The translations under genes were made by a program, and so were the position numbers. From Dehalococcoidia bacterium (GTDB lineage Bacteria; Chloroflexota; Dehalococcoidia; Lucifugimonadales; CAJWER01), in assembly GCA_965116315.1 (NCBI GenBank), contig OZ220672.1:1636777-1700776 (forward strand): a stretch of 64,000 bases of DNA. Direction: 5' to 3'. The notes under the pieces are model-generated. The model made no database searches. It saw only the letters and a list, made by a program, of their open reading frames with translations, and was not told the origin of the DNA. Shown in pieces: positions 55,067 to 63,298 of the stretch (the stretch's first letter is position 1; each line of letters opens with the position of its first letter).

Positions 55067-55363
55067 CTATCCGCCGCTGGTGTCAGGGGTGGGCGCAGGC
55101 GTGGGGTCGGGAACCGTGACGTCCACCGGCGATCCGACGACCGCGTTCATCACCAGTTCGACGACGCCGTAGGCCACCATCGCCAGGACGATGCCCGCCA
55201 GGGCGGTCATCATGGCGCTCTTGCCGCGCTCCATCTGGTGGGGCGCTCCCGACGCGGTGAGGTACATGTAGGCCCCGTAGATAAAGAAGCCCACGCCGAC
55301 TACGCCGACGATCCCCAGCAGGATGCCCACCAGGTTCGATATGGTCTGAGTCAGGTCTTCCAT
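55067..55363 (-). CDS. TrbC/VirB2-like pilin candidate
   Basis: 98 aa from the in-frame ATG at 55363, with GAGGAG 8 nt upstream. Two hydrophobic helices flank the loop YLTASGAPHQMERGKS. Confidence 0.55.
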   Translation of the reverse strand: MEDLTQTISNLVGILLGIVGVVGVGFFIYGAYMYLTASGAPHQMERGKSAMMTALAGIVLAMVAYGVVELVMNAVVGSPVDVTVPDPTPAPTPDTSGG

Positions 55364-55530
55364 TCGTTTGTCTCCTCTCGTTTCCTCTGCCGGGCGTTCC
55401 CCGCCCGGACTTCCTCGGTTCATCCGTCTCTATCGGTGTTGTCCGTCTCGCTTCAGTTACTTGCACATCGCTCCACCTCCTTCGCGTTCTCGGTCGGCGT
55501 GGGGCCGCGCCCCCGCCGAATGGGTTGTCG

Positions 55531-56511
55531 TTACTCGTCTGCGCTTCGGGGAGCCTGGCCTCCGGCATTCCCGCCGCCCGATGGGGTCGCCATGGACGCC
55601 GCCGAGCTAAGGCCGCTCGCCGTCGCCGAAAGCCCGGCGCTGGCCGCCATCGCTCCCACCGCCACGCCTCCCGGCCCTCCCGTCGCACCTCCGGCGATCA
55701 GCCCGATGGTCTTGGCCGAGCGCACCATCGAGGCGGGAAGGTTCATCCCGAAGTACAGGGTGCTCAGCCATGCGTCGAAGGTCCCGGCGTTGCCGAGCAT
55801 CGACGGCACCCTGGTCGCCATGTAGACGAAGGCCAGGGACATGAGCAGCTTCCAGATGAGGTCCTGCACCGGCTCGAACGCGGCGACGGACGCGAACTCC
55901 TCAAGGAACCCGAAACCCAGGGCCAGCGCGATGAGCTGCACGGCCTGCTGGAACACGGTCGTCATGAAGAGCCGCAGCCAGTGGCGGCCCCAGCCCGCCG
56001 TATGCGGGAGAATCCACAGCCCCAGCGCGATGGGCGCCAGGGCCAGCAGGATGTCGATGAGCGCGAGGCGCAGGATCATCTGCACGATCACGTACAGCAC
56101 GAAGAAGCCGTATACGAGATAGAGCAGGGCCAGAAGCTGCGCCATGCCGACGCTGCCTGCCTGGACTGCGGTGAGAAACGTTTCGAGGGGAGCCCTTAGC
56201 AGGTCTCCGGGAGTGACGTTGAGGGAGACGGCTATGAAGCCGGAAACGGCGTCCGCCACGTCCAGCACCAGCGCGCACCACCAGAGGGACGACGCTGCGG
56301 CCACCAGGCCCAGAACCAGCCGGGGCACCATCTCTCGCCATCCGGCCTGGGACCTGCCCACGTGCTCGGACACGATTAGGCTCAGCCCCATCCAGCCGAG
56401 GATCACCACAAGCGCGGCGGACGTGACGGCCCATACGACCGTCCACGCCCGGAAAACCAACTCGTGGCCGTAGGTGAGGTCAGCAGGGGTGCCGGTGAGG
56501 ATGTCGGTCAT
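55531..56511 (-). CDS. VirB6/TrbL-like polytopic membrane protein
   Basis: 326 aa with 6 or more hydrophobic helices and a Gly/Ala/Ser-rich C-terminal tail. Its position in the T4SS operon fits. Confidence 0.55.
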   Translation of the reverse strand: MTDILTGTPADLTYGHELVFRAWTVVWAVTSAALVVILGWMGLSLIVSEHVGRSQAGWREMVPRLVLGLVAAASSLWWCALVLDVADAVSGFIAVSLNVTPGDLLRAPLETFLTAVQAGSVGMAQLLALLYLVYGFFVLYVIVQMILRLALIDILLALAPIALGLWILPHTAGWGRHWLRLFMTTVFQQAVQLIALALGFGFLEEFASVAAFEPVQDLIWKLLMSLAFVYMATRVPSMLGNAGTFDAWLSTLYFGMNLPASMVRSAKTIGLIAGGATGGPGGVAVGAMAASAGLSATASGLSSAASMATPSGGGNAGGQAPRSADE

Positions 56512-56517
56512 CTCCCG

Positions 56518-57135
56518 CTACCCTCCCCGGCAGTTGTCGGCGTCCTCGCCGGACGCTCGCTCAACCACCCCGCAGAGAGTCCCGTGGACTCCCTCGATCA
56601 CCCAGCCCGCGAAGGCCCTCGCCCAGCGAGCGGGGTTGAGAGCAGCCAGAATCTTGTCCCAGATACGGCCCGGCTCGTGGACGGGCACGACGGCGTAGAA
56701 GTCGCCACGCCTGCCGTCCTCTGCCTCGGCCAGCATCACCAGCAGGTATGCGTGGTCGGGGTCGAGGTCGGGCTGCTCGTCCAGGCGTGGGTACTCCCAC
56801 GAGTACTCCCAGCCGTCGCTGCGCCGCTTCTCGCCGCCCGACACGCGGTACATGGTCGATATCCAGTCGCCTGTGTCGGCGTCCCGCACGGCGTAGTAGA
56901 GGCTCGCTATCTCGCGGTCGAAGACGGGGCGGGCGACGAACTCGCCGCCCTTCTTGCGCTCCACGAACTCCCGGTCCCAGTTGACCAGGACGATGGAGTC
57001 GCCGGGCGGGGCCTGTGCCAGGGCGACGTTGCTCGCGGGGATCGCCGCCAGCGCCGCCAACAGCAGCGCGGCGGCCAGGGGAACGAGCCTTCCGGCTCTT
57101 CCAAGGTTCCGTCGGACGGTCGATTGCGCTCCCAC
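56518..57135 (-). CDS. secreted hypothetical protein (first gene of the T4SS operon)
   Basis: 205 aa. GTG start with GAGGAGG 7 nt upstream. Signal peptide LVPLAAALLLAALAAIPASNVALA. No family recognised. Confidence 0.5.
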   Translation of the reverse strand: MGAQSTVRRNLGRAGRLVPLAAALLLAALAAIPASNVALAQAPPGDSIVLVNWDREFVERKKGGEFVARPVFDREIASLYYAVRDADTGDWISTMYRVSGGEKRRSDGWEYSWEYPRLDEQPDLDPDHAYLLVMLAEAEDGRRGDFYAVVPVHEPGRIWDKILAALNPARWARAFAGWVIEGVHGTLCGVVERASGEDADNCRGG

Positions 57136-57217
57136 GTTGATGCCTCCTCGCAGGTGGGTCTACTTGCCTGCCAACGAGTCTGGCGAGTCGAAAAGGGCTT
57201 AGGAACGGCGCACGAGG

Positions 57218-57256
57218 GGGGTCAGTCCACGCGCCCCGGGTCAGGGAACTGACCCC
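57218..57256. promoter_or_regulatory. 9-bp-stem inverted repeat in the divergent control region (oriT/operator candidate)
   Basis: GGGGTCAGT-N21-ACTGACCCC between the T4SS operon start and the rightward operon. Confidence 0.35.
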
Positions 57257-57451
57257 TCTCGCAGGGCGTGACAAATGGCGGCGCGGATGTGGTGCACTAC
57301 CCGTGTACAGGAAAAGGACTTCGGTGGACGGTGGCAAGGCTGGTTGTGGGCAAGCTGGTACAGGCGTGGGGCGCCCCCTACAGGACGTAGCCTGCGAGCA
57401 CTTTGTCTCCGGAGTTCCTTCCACGGGCGTTGGACAACGGCACGTAGGAAA

Positions 57452-57527
57452 GTGGACAAAACGCCGGTGGGCCAAGCGAAGGTGAGTGGACAGTGACAGC
57501 TATGGAAGTTGACAAAACGCCGGTGGG
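57452..57527. promoter_or_regulatory. 20-nt direct repeat pair GT(G/T)GACAAAACGCCGGTGGG spaced 56 bp apart
   Basis: Copies at 57452-57471 and 57508-57527. The second lies inside the first codons of ORF 57493. Confidence 0.45.
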
Positions 57528-58377
57528 GGCCGAGACGGGGCCTGACGTGGTGGATTTCTTCCCTGAAGCGACTCGGAGGCTGGACAGTCTGCGGCACATG
57601 CGGTTGTTGGCGCTGCTGCACGACATGATCGACGCCGGAGACGGTGCGACGACGGCGGCTGCGTTGGGTGTCAGCTACAGAACTGTGTCGAGGGCGGTCC
57701 GGTCAGGCACGCTGACCGACCGCATGGCGAGTGCGCTGGAGCGTCACCTGCTGCTGGGGGGCGGCTCTGCTGCCGCCCAGCAACGGGAGCAGGTCGAGAA
57801 TCTGGAGAAGCGGGTTGCGGAATTGGAGCGTGACCTGGGTGGTCGCCTCGATGCCGCCGTAAGAGAGGTCAAGTCCCTGCGGGAGGAGTACGCCAGGGCG
57901 ATGCGGCACGTGGAGCGCCGCCTGGTGGGTCTGGAATCTAGCAGGAGTGGCTCCGGGGAGCCCTCCTCGACCGGCCAGGAGCCGGATCCCGCGGAGCAAG
58001 GGTATGTCCGCCCCAGGGAGTACCCCCAGCTCGTGACTGAGGAGGCCGAACCCGACGAGGAGCGAGTGTACGGCGACGCAACGCCGGTGGTCGTTCAGTG
58101 GCGCACGGCGCGGGACAAGTGGCGGGCGCTGCTGAAGTCCGGGCCGGCTCTGGCGACGGCGGAGGCCAAGATGCAGATGCTGAAGCTGGAGATCGCCATC
58201 ATCGAGGAGCACGAGCTGACGTTGCCCCCGGCCTCGTACCCCTGGGGGCGGGAGGACCGGCGAGACCAGGCCAGGCGGCGCATGGGGGCGCTGGACGAGG
58301 CGGAGGATGACCGGAGACGGGCGCTGTTCCGGCGGTGGGTGCGCCGCATTCTGACCTGCTGGCTGTGGCGGAACTAG
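57493..58377 (+). CDS. HTH + coiled-coil protein (putative ICE regulator)
   Basis: 294 aa. TTAAALGVSYRTVSRAVRSG is HTH-like, followed by a long heptad-like region (QQREQVENLEKRVAELERDL). The true start may be downstream because of the repeat in codons 6-12. Confidence 0.5.
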   Translation: MTAMEVDKTPVGAETGPDVVDFFPEATRRLDSLRHMRLLALLHDMIDAGDGATTAAALGVSYRTVSRAVRSGTLTDRMASALERHLLLGGGSAAAQQREQVENLEKRVAELERDLGGRLDAAVREVKSLREEYARAMRHVERRLVGLESSRSGSGEPSSTGQEPDPAEQGYVRPREYPQLVTEEAEPDEERVYGDATPVVVQWRTARDKWRALLKSGPALATAEAKMQMLKLEIAIIEEHELTLPPASYPWGREDRRDQARRRMGALDEAEDDRRRALFRRWVRRILTCWLWRN

Positions 58378-58392
58378 GCCCCTGGGCTTCCC

Positions 58393-58414
58393 TGCGAAAT
58401 GGGTGCGAAATCGG
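58393..58414. repeat. tandem 11-mers TGCGAAATGGG / TGCGAAATCGG (iteron-like)
   Basis: Two adjacent copies with one-helical-turn periodicity, followed by a third, degenerate GCAATCGGGG. They sit at the start of a 628-bp gene-free stretch. Confidence 0.4.
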
Positions 58415-59005
58415 AGCGAGCAATCGGGGCGTCATGGGTCGATTTCCCCGTCCGGGGCCTTCCATTCGCTCGGTTGTTCGGGCGATAATTGACGCAGTTT
58501 CTGGCTTTTTCCAGCGTTTCCCGCCTAGAAACCTGGAGGGTCCATCCCCGACCCGGAGCGGCCTGACGGATCGAGCCCTGCTCTCCCGATGGCGCTTCAC
58601 GAGGGATAAGCGCCTTCCCGCTGCGTGAGCCGGTCGAGGGGTCGAGCACTGCTCCCCCGATGCCGGTTCGGAAGTCGGGACACATTCGCAGAGGCTGAGG
58701 CGCAGACCGCGCTTCGGCTCCTCGGACACCTTGGTCGGAGTGCGTCCCGCACCCCGGCCATTCCTCATGCCTGCGGCACAACCGTCACGCGGTTGGGTCG
58801 CAGCTTCCACGCACGCCGTCCTGCGATGACACCGCTGGGCTGCGTCGCTCTCACCGCGTCGGTCTCGGACTGATCTGCAGGCGGACCGCAATTCCCCACC
58901 CACACCAGCTCACCCTCAGTCGCCTCTTCGTGATGTGACCCTGGGCCGAGCTGCGTCTTTTCACGGCGTCAGAAGCATCGAGCATCGAAAGGAGGTCACG
59001 ACGGC

Positions 59006-59518
59006 ATGGACGAAACACGGACACGGACAACGGAAGGAGGAACGAACATGGCGGAACGGTACACGGGACCCAGTGCGAGGCGGATCGCGGACCTGCTTCC
59101 GCACCGGGTGAGCTACGAGAGGGGCTGGTTCTGGACGACGACGGCCATCTGTCACGGCGGTCGCTCGGACGGGCTGGCGTTCAGGCAGAGGCCGGACGGC
59201 GAGGGCATCGAGGTCAGGTGCCACACGGGGAACTGCGGCAAGGGCGTGGTCATAACCGAGCTGGAGGCACTGGTCGGGCTGCCCATCTGGACGGCCTTCG
59301 AACCGGTGGTGGAAGTGACTGACAAGGCCCCTGGGAAGCGGCCCTGGTGGAAGCGGAAGAAGGTCGTGGTGGCCGGGATCGTGGCACTGGTGATTGCGGC
59401 GCCGCTCCTGACCCTCGACCTGGAACTGTTCTTCCTCAACCTCTTCGGCCTGGGAATCGGGGCGCTGCTGCTCAGGCGGTTCCTCGTGCGGCGCACGGTG
59501 CGCAGGTTCCGGCGCTGA
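59006..59518 (+). CDS. membrane-anchored protein with a primase-type Cys/His zinc motif
   Basis: AICHGGRSDGLAFRQRPDGEGIEVRCHTGNCG resembles the CxH...CHxGC zinc-binding modules of plasmid/phage primases. C-terminal TM region. An alternative ATG at 59048 also has an AGGAGG. Confidence 0.45.
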   Translation: MDETRTRTTEGGTNMAERYTGPSARRIADLLPHRVSYERGWFWTTTAICHGGRSDGLAFRQRPDGEGIEVRCHTGNCGKGVVITELEALVGLPIWTAFEPVVEVTDKAPGKRPWWKRKKVVVAGIVALVIAAPLLTLDLELFFLNLFGLGIGALLLRRFLVRRTVRRFRR

Positions 59519-59557
59519 CCGGGCGGGTTTCAGCCCTCTCACAACCCATTCAACGCA

Positions 59558-59587
59558 AAGGGTCGCCTCCATCCGGGGGCGGCCCTT
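59558..59587 (+). terminator. 10-bp stem hairpin followed by a T-rich tract
   Basis: AAGGGTCGCC-TCCATCCGGG-GGCGGCCCTT, then CTTCTTTGCC, 40 nt after the stop of 59006..59518. Member of the ICE-specific hairpin family. Confidence 0.45.
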
Positions 59588-59650
59588 CTTCTTTGCCCGC
59601 AAGCGGGCGCAGATCGAAGGCAACGCAAAGCAAAGGCACTTAGGAGGTGC

Positions 59651-60124
59651 ATGATGACAACGGCGACATTGGCAGCAGGCAATCGGACGATGGGCACGGC
59701 GGTGAGGCCCGGGCGCAGCCTGGAGGAGCTGGTCGACCGGCTCTTCGAGGCGATGGGGTTCGGGCAGGCGACGGAGACGGCGGAGCAGAGCGCGGTGCGT
59801 TCGATTCACGAGGCGCGGCGGCTCAGGCAGGCCGGGGACGTGGACGGCGGGCTGGCCGTCCTCGCCGGCATGGACATGGCGAGGGCGGAGACGCGGGAGG
59901 TCCGGTGGGCCTTCGCCGAGTGGAAGCAGCTTGTGAGGCGGCGGTTCGGGGGCCGGGAGGTCATGGTGTACAGCCAGGGCACGGGCCGGGCCGCCGCCCT
60001 GTTGTCCCACGGAGACAGCGGGACGCTCGAGGTCGCGGCGGTCCTGGGGATGCGGTGGAAGACCGGCAAGCTGGTCTCCCGGCGCAGTCTGCGGGGTCTG
60101 CGGCCCCTGAACGGGGGTGCATGA
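59651..60124 (+). CDS. hypothetical protein
   Basis: 157 aa with AGGAGG upstream. Its stop overlaps the primase start (ATGA). No family recognised. Confidence 0.45.
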   Translation: MMTTATLAAGNRTMGTAVRPGRSLEELVDRLFEAMGFGQATETAEQSAVRSIHEARRLRQAGDVDGGLAVLAGMDMARAETREVRWAFAEWKQLVRRRFGGREVMVYSQGTGRAAALLSHGDSGTLEVAAVLGMRWKTGKLVSRRSLRGLRPLNGGA

Positions 60125-61161
60125 TGGTCACGGCCAACGTGGACATACCCGCGCTGAAGGCCCGTCACCCCCTGGGCGACACGGTGGAGGCTTCGGGCGT
60201 CCGGCTCAGGGGCCGGGGCCGTGTCCGCCAGGGCGTCTGCCCCTTCCACGAAGAGGTTGAGGGCAGCTTCACGGTGTACGCCGACTCGGAGCGGTGGTAC
60301 TGCTTCGGCTGCGGGCTTAGGGGAGACGTGCTGGACTTCATCCGGCAGTCCGAGAACCTGAGCCTGCCGGAGGCCATCAGGCGGCTTGACGGGGGCGCTT
60401 ACCCCGCCGTCAGCCGTCCGGCCCCGGCTCGGCGTCCCAGGGCGGCTCCGCCGCCTCCCAGGGACCCGGCGCTCTTGACGGCGGCGGCTCGGTTCTACGC
60501 CGGGCAGCTCCGGCGCAGCCCCGCCGGGCTTGACTACCTTGCCTCGCGGGGCCTCGGCCCTGACGCCGCCGTGCGGCTCGGCCTCGGCTTCGCGCCGGGC
60601 GACGGCCTGCGGCACGCTCTTGAGTCGGCTGGCTTCTCCGCCGACAGGCTGAGGAACTGCGGTCTGTTCACCGAGCGGGGTTCGGAGCGGTTCGCCGGGA
60701 TGGTGGTCGTTCCCGACCTCTCCGGCGGGCTTGTCCGCTGGCTAGTGGGCCGGGCCGTCGATGCCCACCGGACTCCCCGGTTCCAGGCGTTGCCCGGCCC
60801 CAAGCCGGTGCTTGGACTTGGGCGTCTCGGCCCCGCTCCGCCCTGGGCGGTCGTTGCCGAGGGCGTCTTCGACTGGCTCGCGCTTGCTTCCTGGGGCGTC
60901 CCCGCCGTCGCTGCCCTGGGCACCCAGGGCGTCGAGCGAGTGGCCTCGGCCCTCCGTGGCTGCCCCCGCGTCTTCCTCGCCTTCGACAACGACGACGTGG
61001 GCCTTGAGGCGACGGAGGGGCTTGCGGTCTTGCTTGGCAGGCGGACCGCAGCCGTCACCCTTCCCCAGGGCGTCGGCGACGTGGCCGAGCTTGCTTCCCT
61101 CCCCCAGGGGCGCTCCCTGTTCATGCGGCTGCTCGCACGTGCGGCCCGCTCCGCCCGGTAG
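60121..61161 (+). CDS. DnaG-like primase (CHC2 zinc finger + Toprim)
   Basis: 346 aa from the in-frame ATG at 60121. The zinc finger is CPFHEEVEGSFTVYADSERWYCFGCG..GDVLDF. The Toprim region includes WAVVAEGVFDWLAL and LAFDNDDVG. Confidence 0.8.
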   Translation: MMVTANVDIPALKARHPLGDTVEASGVRLRGRGRVRQGVCPFHEEVEGSFTVYADSERWYCFGCGLRGDVLDFIRQSENLSLPEAIRRLDGGAYPAVSRPAPARRPRAAPPPPRDPALLTAAARFYAGQLRRSPAGLDYLASRGLGPDAAVRLGLGFAPGDGLRHALESAGFSADRLRNCGLFTERGSERFAGMVVVPDLSGGLVRWLVGRAVDAHRTPRFQALPGPKPVLGLGRLGPAPPWAVVAEGVFDWLALASWGVPAVAALGTQGVERVASALRGCPRVFLAFDNDDVGLEATEGLAVLLGRRTAAVTLPQGVGDVAELASLPQGRSLFMRLLARAARSAR

Positions 61162-61370
61162 CTCCCCGCTACCGTCTTGCCCTAACGGAGCTTCCCCGCT
61201 CCGCCTGCTTGTGCGGGACTCGCTCCCGCTTCATTCCCACACCACTCTGACCACCCAGGAGGACCTATGCCCAATTCACGCCGGGCCATGCCCGCTCACG
61301 GCTTCCCGTAGGGGAACCCGCCCATCGCTCACTCTCTACAGGAACGAACACCAATGGAAGGAGACACGAG

Positions 61371-62234
61371 ATGTCTAACGGCAACAACAACGGACACCAC
61401 CGCAACGGCGTCCACCAGGACACCGCCATCGTAGCCAGGAACGGCAACGGGGCGCACCACGACCCCGCCATCATCGAGGGACACGACCCCGCATCGAGTG
61501 CGGGGCAGGCTCTGCTGTGGGACGGGCTGCCGCCCGCCGTCACGCAGGCCCTCGGACAGCCCATCGCCCCCTCGCTGGTCTCCCAGCGCAAGGGGCGCGG
61601 CGGCAGGGTCTTCGACTACCTCGAAGGCCACGTCGTCATCGACCAGGCAAACCGCATCTTCGGCTACGGCGGGTGGGGCTACGAGCTGGTCTCGGACGTG
61701 AGGCTGCGCCAGATCGAGTCGGTCGATCCCCAGACGGGCGAGATCAAGACCGTCTCCGCCTACAGCGCCCCCGTGAGAGTCACCGTCGCGGGCGCTCTGC
61801 CCCGCACCGACACCGGCTTCCACGCCGTGACCGACGAGACCGCGGACGGACACGACACGGCGATGAAAGGGGCCGTCACGGACGGGATGAAGCGGGCCTT
61901 CCGCAGCTTCGGCGTCCAGTTCGGCAACGGCTTCTACGGAGACCAGCAGACGGTGGGCAACCAGCCCCGGCCTGAGCGTGCGCCGGTCCAGGCGCAGGCC
62001 AGCGGCACGTCGGGGCAGGCTCAGAGCGGGCGCAACGGCTCCCAGACGAAGACCCTCCGCAAGCGGCTCGTCGAACTGGCCGGGCGGCAGGGCTTCGACG
62101 AGGCGAAGGTGCGGGCCGCCGTCCAGAGGCAGATGGACAAGGACCTGGACGACCTGACGGCGGACGAGCTGAGGAAGCTGGTGGAGTCCGCCGCCGACAA
62201 GCTCAACCAGAAGCGGCAGGCGCAGGCCGCCTAG
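61371..62234 (+). CDS. Rad52/Rad22-family single-strand annealing protein
   Basis: VFDYLEGHVVIDQANRIFGYGGWGYE ... AMKGAVTDGMKRAFRSFGVQFGNGFYG matches the Rad52 core. Confidence 0.8.
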   Translation: MSNGNNNGHHRNGVHQDTAIVARNGNGAHHDPAIIEGHDPASSAGQALLWDGLPPAVTQALGQPIAPSLVSQRKGRGGRVFDYLEGHVVIDQANRIFGYGGWGYELVSDVRLRQIESVDPQTGEIKTVSAYSAPVRVTVAGALPRTDTGFHAVTDETADGHDTAMKGAVTDGMKRAFRSFGVQFGNGFYGDQQTVGNQPRPERAPVQAQASGTSGQAQSGRNGSQTKTLRKRLVELAGRQGFDEAKVRAAVQRQMDKDLDDLTADELRKLVESAADKLNQKRQAQAA

Positions 62235-62260
62235 CCTCCCGGCAATCGGCACACGGAATC

Positions 62261-62296
62261 GAGCGGGGTTCGTCTCCTTCGGGGGCGGCCCCGCTC
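62261..62296 (+). other. intercistronic hairpin, ICE-specific family
   Basis: GAGCGGGG-N20-CCCCGCTC with a loop containing GTCTCC and CGGGGG. A TACAGGA motif follows at 62303-62309. Confidence 0.5.
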
Positions 62297-62322
62297 TCTC
62301 ATTACAGGAAGGAGGTCACGAA

Positions 62323-62826
62323 ATGGTGACGACGACCTTGACTTACACACCCTGGGGTTGGACGAAGGACGTTGCCGAGCTGGCGGAGGGCGTCTGGAGA
62401 GTGTCCACGCCGAGCCACGGCGGGCTGAAGCTCAGCCGGGAGCGGTGGAACGAGCTTCCCGCCGAGCTGCGGGACGCCATGTACACGCAGACCTTCGCCG
62501 AGGAGGACTGCGAGGAGCCGATGGTCCGCACGCTGCTGGGCCTGGGCGACGAGTGCGAGAGAGAGATGGCCCTGAAGGTGGCGGGCTACTTCGACCGCTA
62601 CTCTCCGGCGCTCCCCTACCTCCGCGACTGCCCGCCGGGCAGCCACCACCACGCCGTCTCCCACCGGGGCGGCTACGGGACGGACCCCCTGGAGCGGTTC
62701 GACACCTGCATCGAGGCCGAGTCGTTTGCCAACGACCCGGAGATGGTGCGGAGGTACGGACGGATGGAGGCCGTGGAGTGCAGCCGGACCCGCCCGCTCT
62801 GCCGGGCGGAAGGGGGAAGGCCATGA
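62323..62826 (+). CDS. DUF7007-like protein
   Basis: 167 aa. YTPWGWTKDVAELAEGVWRVSTPSHGGLKLS matches my recollection of the DUF7007 N-terminal signature common on plasmids and ICEs. Confidence 0.5.
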   Translation: MVTTTLTYTPWGWTKDVAELAEGVWRVSTPSHGGLKLSRERWNELPAELRDAMYTQTFAEEDCEEPMVRTLLGLGDECEREMALKVAGYFDRYSPALPYLRDCPPGSHHHAVSHRGGYGTDPLERFDTCIEAESFANDPEMVRRYGRMEAVECSRTRPLCRAEGGRP

Positions 62827-63224
62827 CCACGACGACAAAGGCCAGGCCCCACAGCCTGCCCAGCACGACCACGAAGCTGCAAACGGAGTTCGGGAACCTG
62901 TTCGTGACCGTTTCCGTGGACGAGGACGGCGAGCCCTTCGAGGTCTTCGGATTTCTCGGCAAGGGCGGGTCGTTCCAGCACGGGGTGACGGAGCTTGCCT
63001 GCCGGTTGATCTCCCTGCACCTGCGCAGGGGGACTCCCCTGGAGGAGGTGATCGACCAGATGCAGGGCATCCAGGAGATGCAGCCCTTCTGGAACCAGTT
63101 GGGCGACGGCAGGAGCGTGCCCGTCCACGGCCTCGGCGACGGCATCGCCCACATCCTCAAGGGCCACCTGAAGGCGAAGGAGGAGAGGGCGGCGGAAACG
63201 GTCGAGGCGAAGGCGGCCGCGTGA
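62823..63224 (+). CDS. TSCPD-domain-like protein
   Basis: 133 aa from the in-frame ATG at 62823 (ATGA overlap). GNLFVTVSVDEDGEPFEVFGFLGKGGS...ACRLISLHLRRGTPLEEVIDQMQGI resembles the TSCPD domain of class II RNR tails. The eponymous Cys motif is replaced by GLGDG. Confidence 0.55.
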   Translation: MTTTTKARPHSLPSTTTKLQTEFGNLFVTVSVDEDGEPFEVFGFLGKGGSFQHGVTELACRLISLHLRRGTPLEEVIDQMQGIQEMQPFWNQLGDGRSVPVHGLGDGIAHILKGHLKAKEERAAETVEAKAAA

Positions 63225-63237
63225 GCGGCTTGCGCAA

Positions 63238-63264
63238 CGGGGCTGTCTCCACCGGGCGGCCCCG
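63238..63264 (+). other. intercistronic hairpin, ICE-specific family
   Basis: CGGGGC-TGTCTCCACCGGGCG-GCCCCG. A TACAGGA motif follows at 63274-63280. Confidence 0.45.
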
Positions 63265-63298
63265 CTTCCCATCTACAGGACACAAGGAGGCAATGACG

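Noticed and set aside
57509-57514. Perfect TTGACA -35 hexamer inside the second 20-nt direct repeat
   Set aside because: No acceptable -10 hexamer lies 16-19 nt downstream (GAGACG at the expected position). I report the repeats but call no promoter.
58199-58903. 234-aa minus-strand ORF and three smaller ORFs covering the 58.4-59.0 kb gap
   Set aside because: They are Arg/Pro/Gly-rich with no RBS or recognisable motif, and they overlap one another in several frames. I treat the region as non-coding (see finding).
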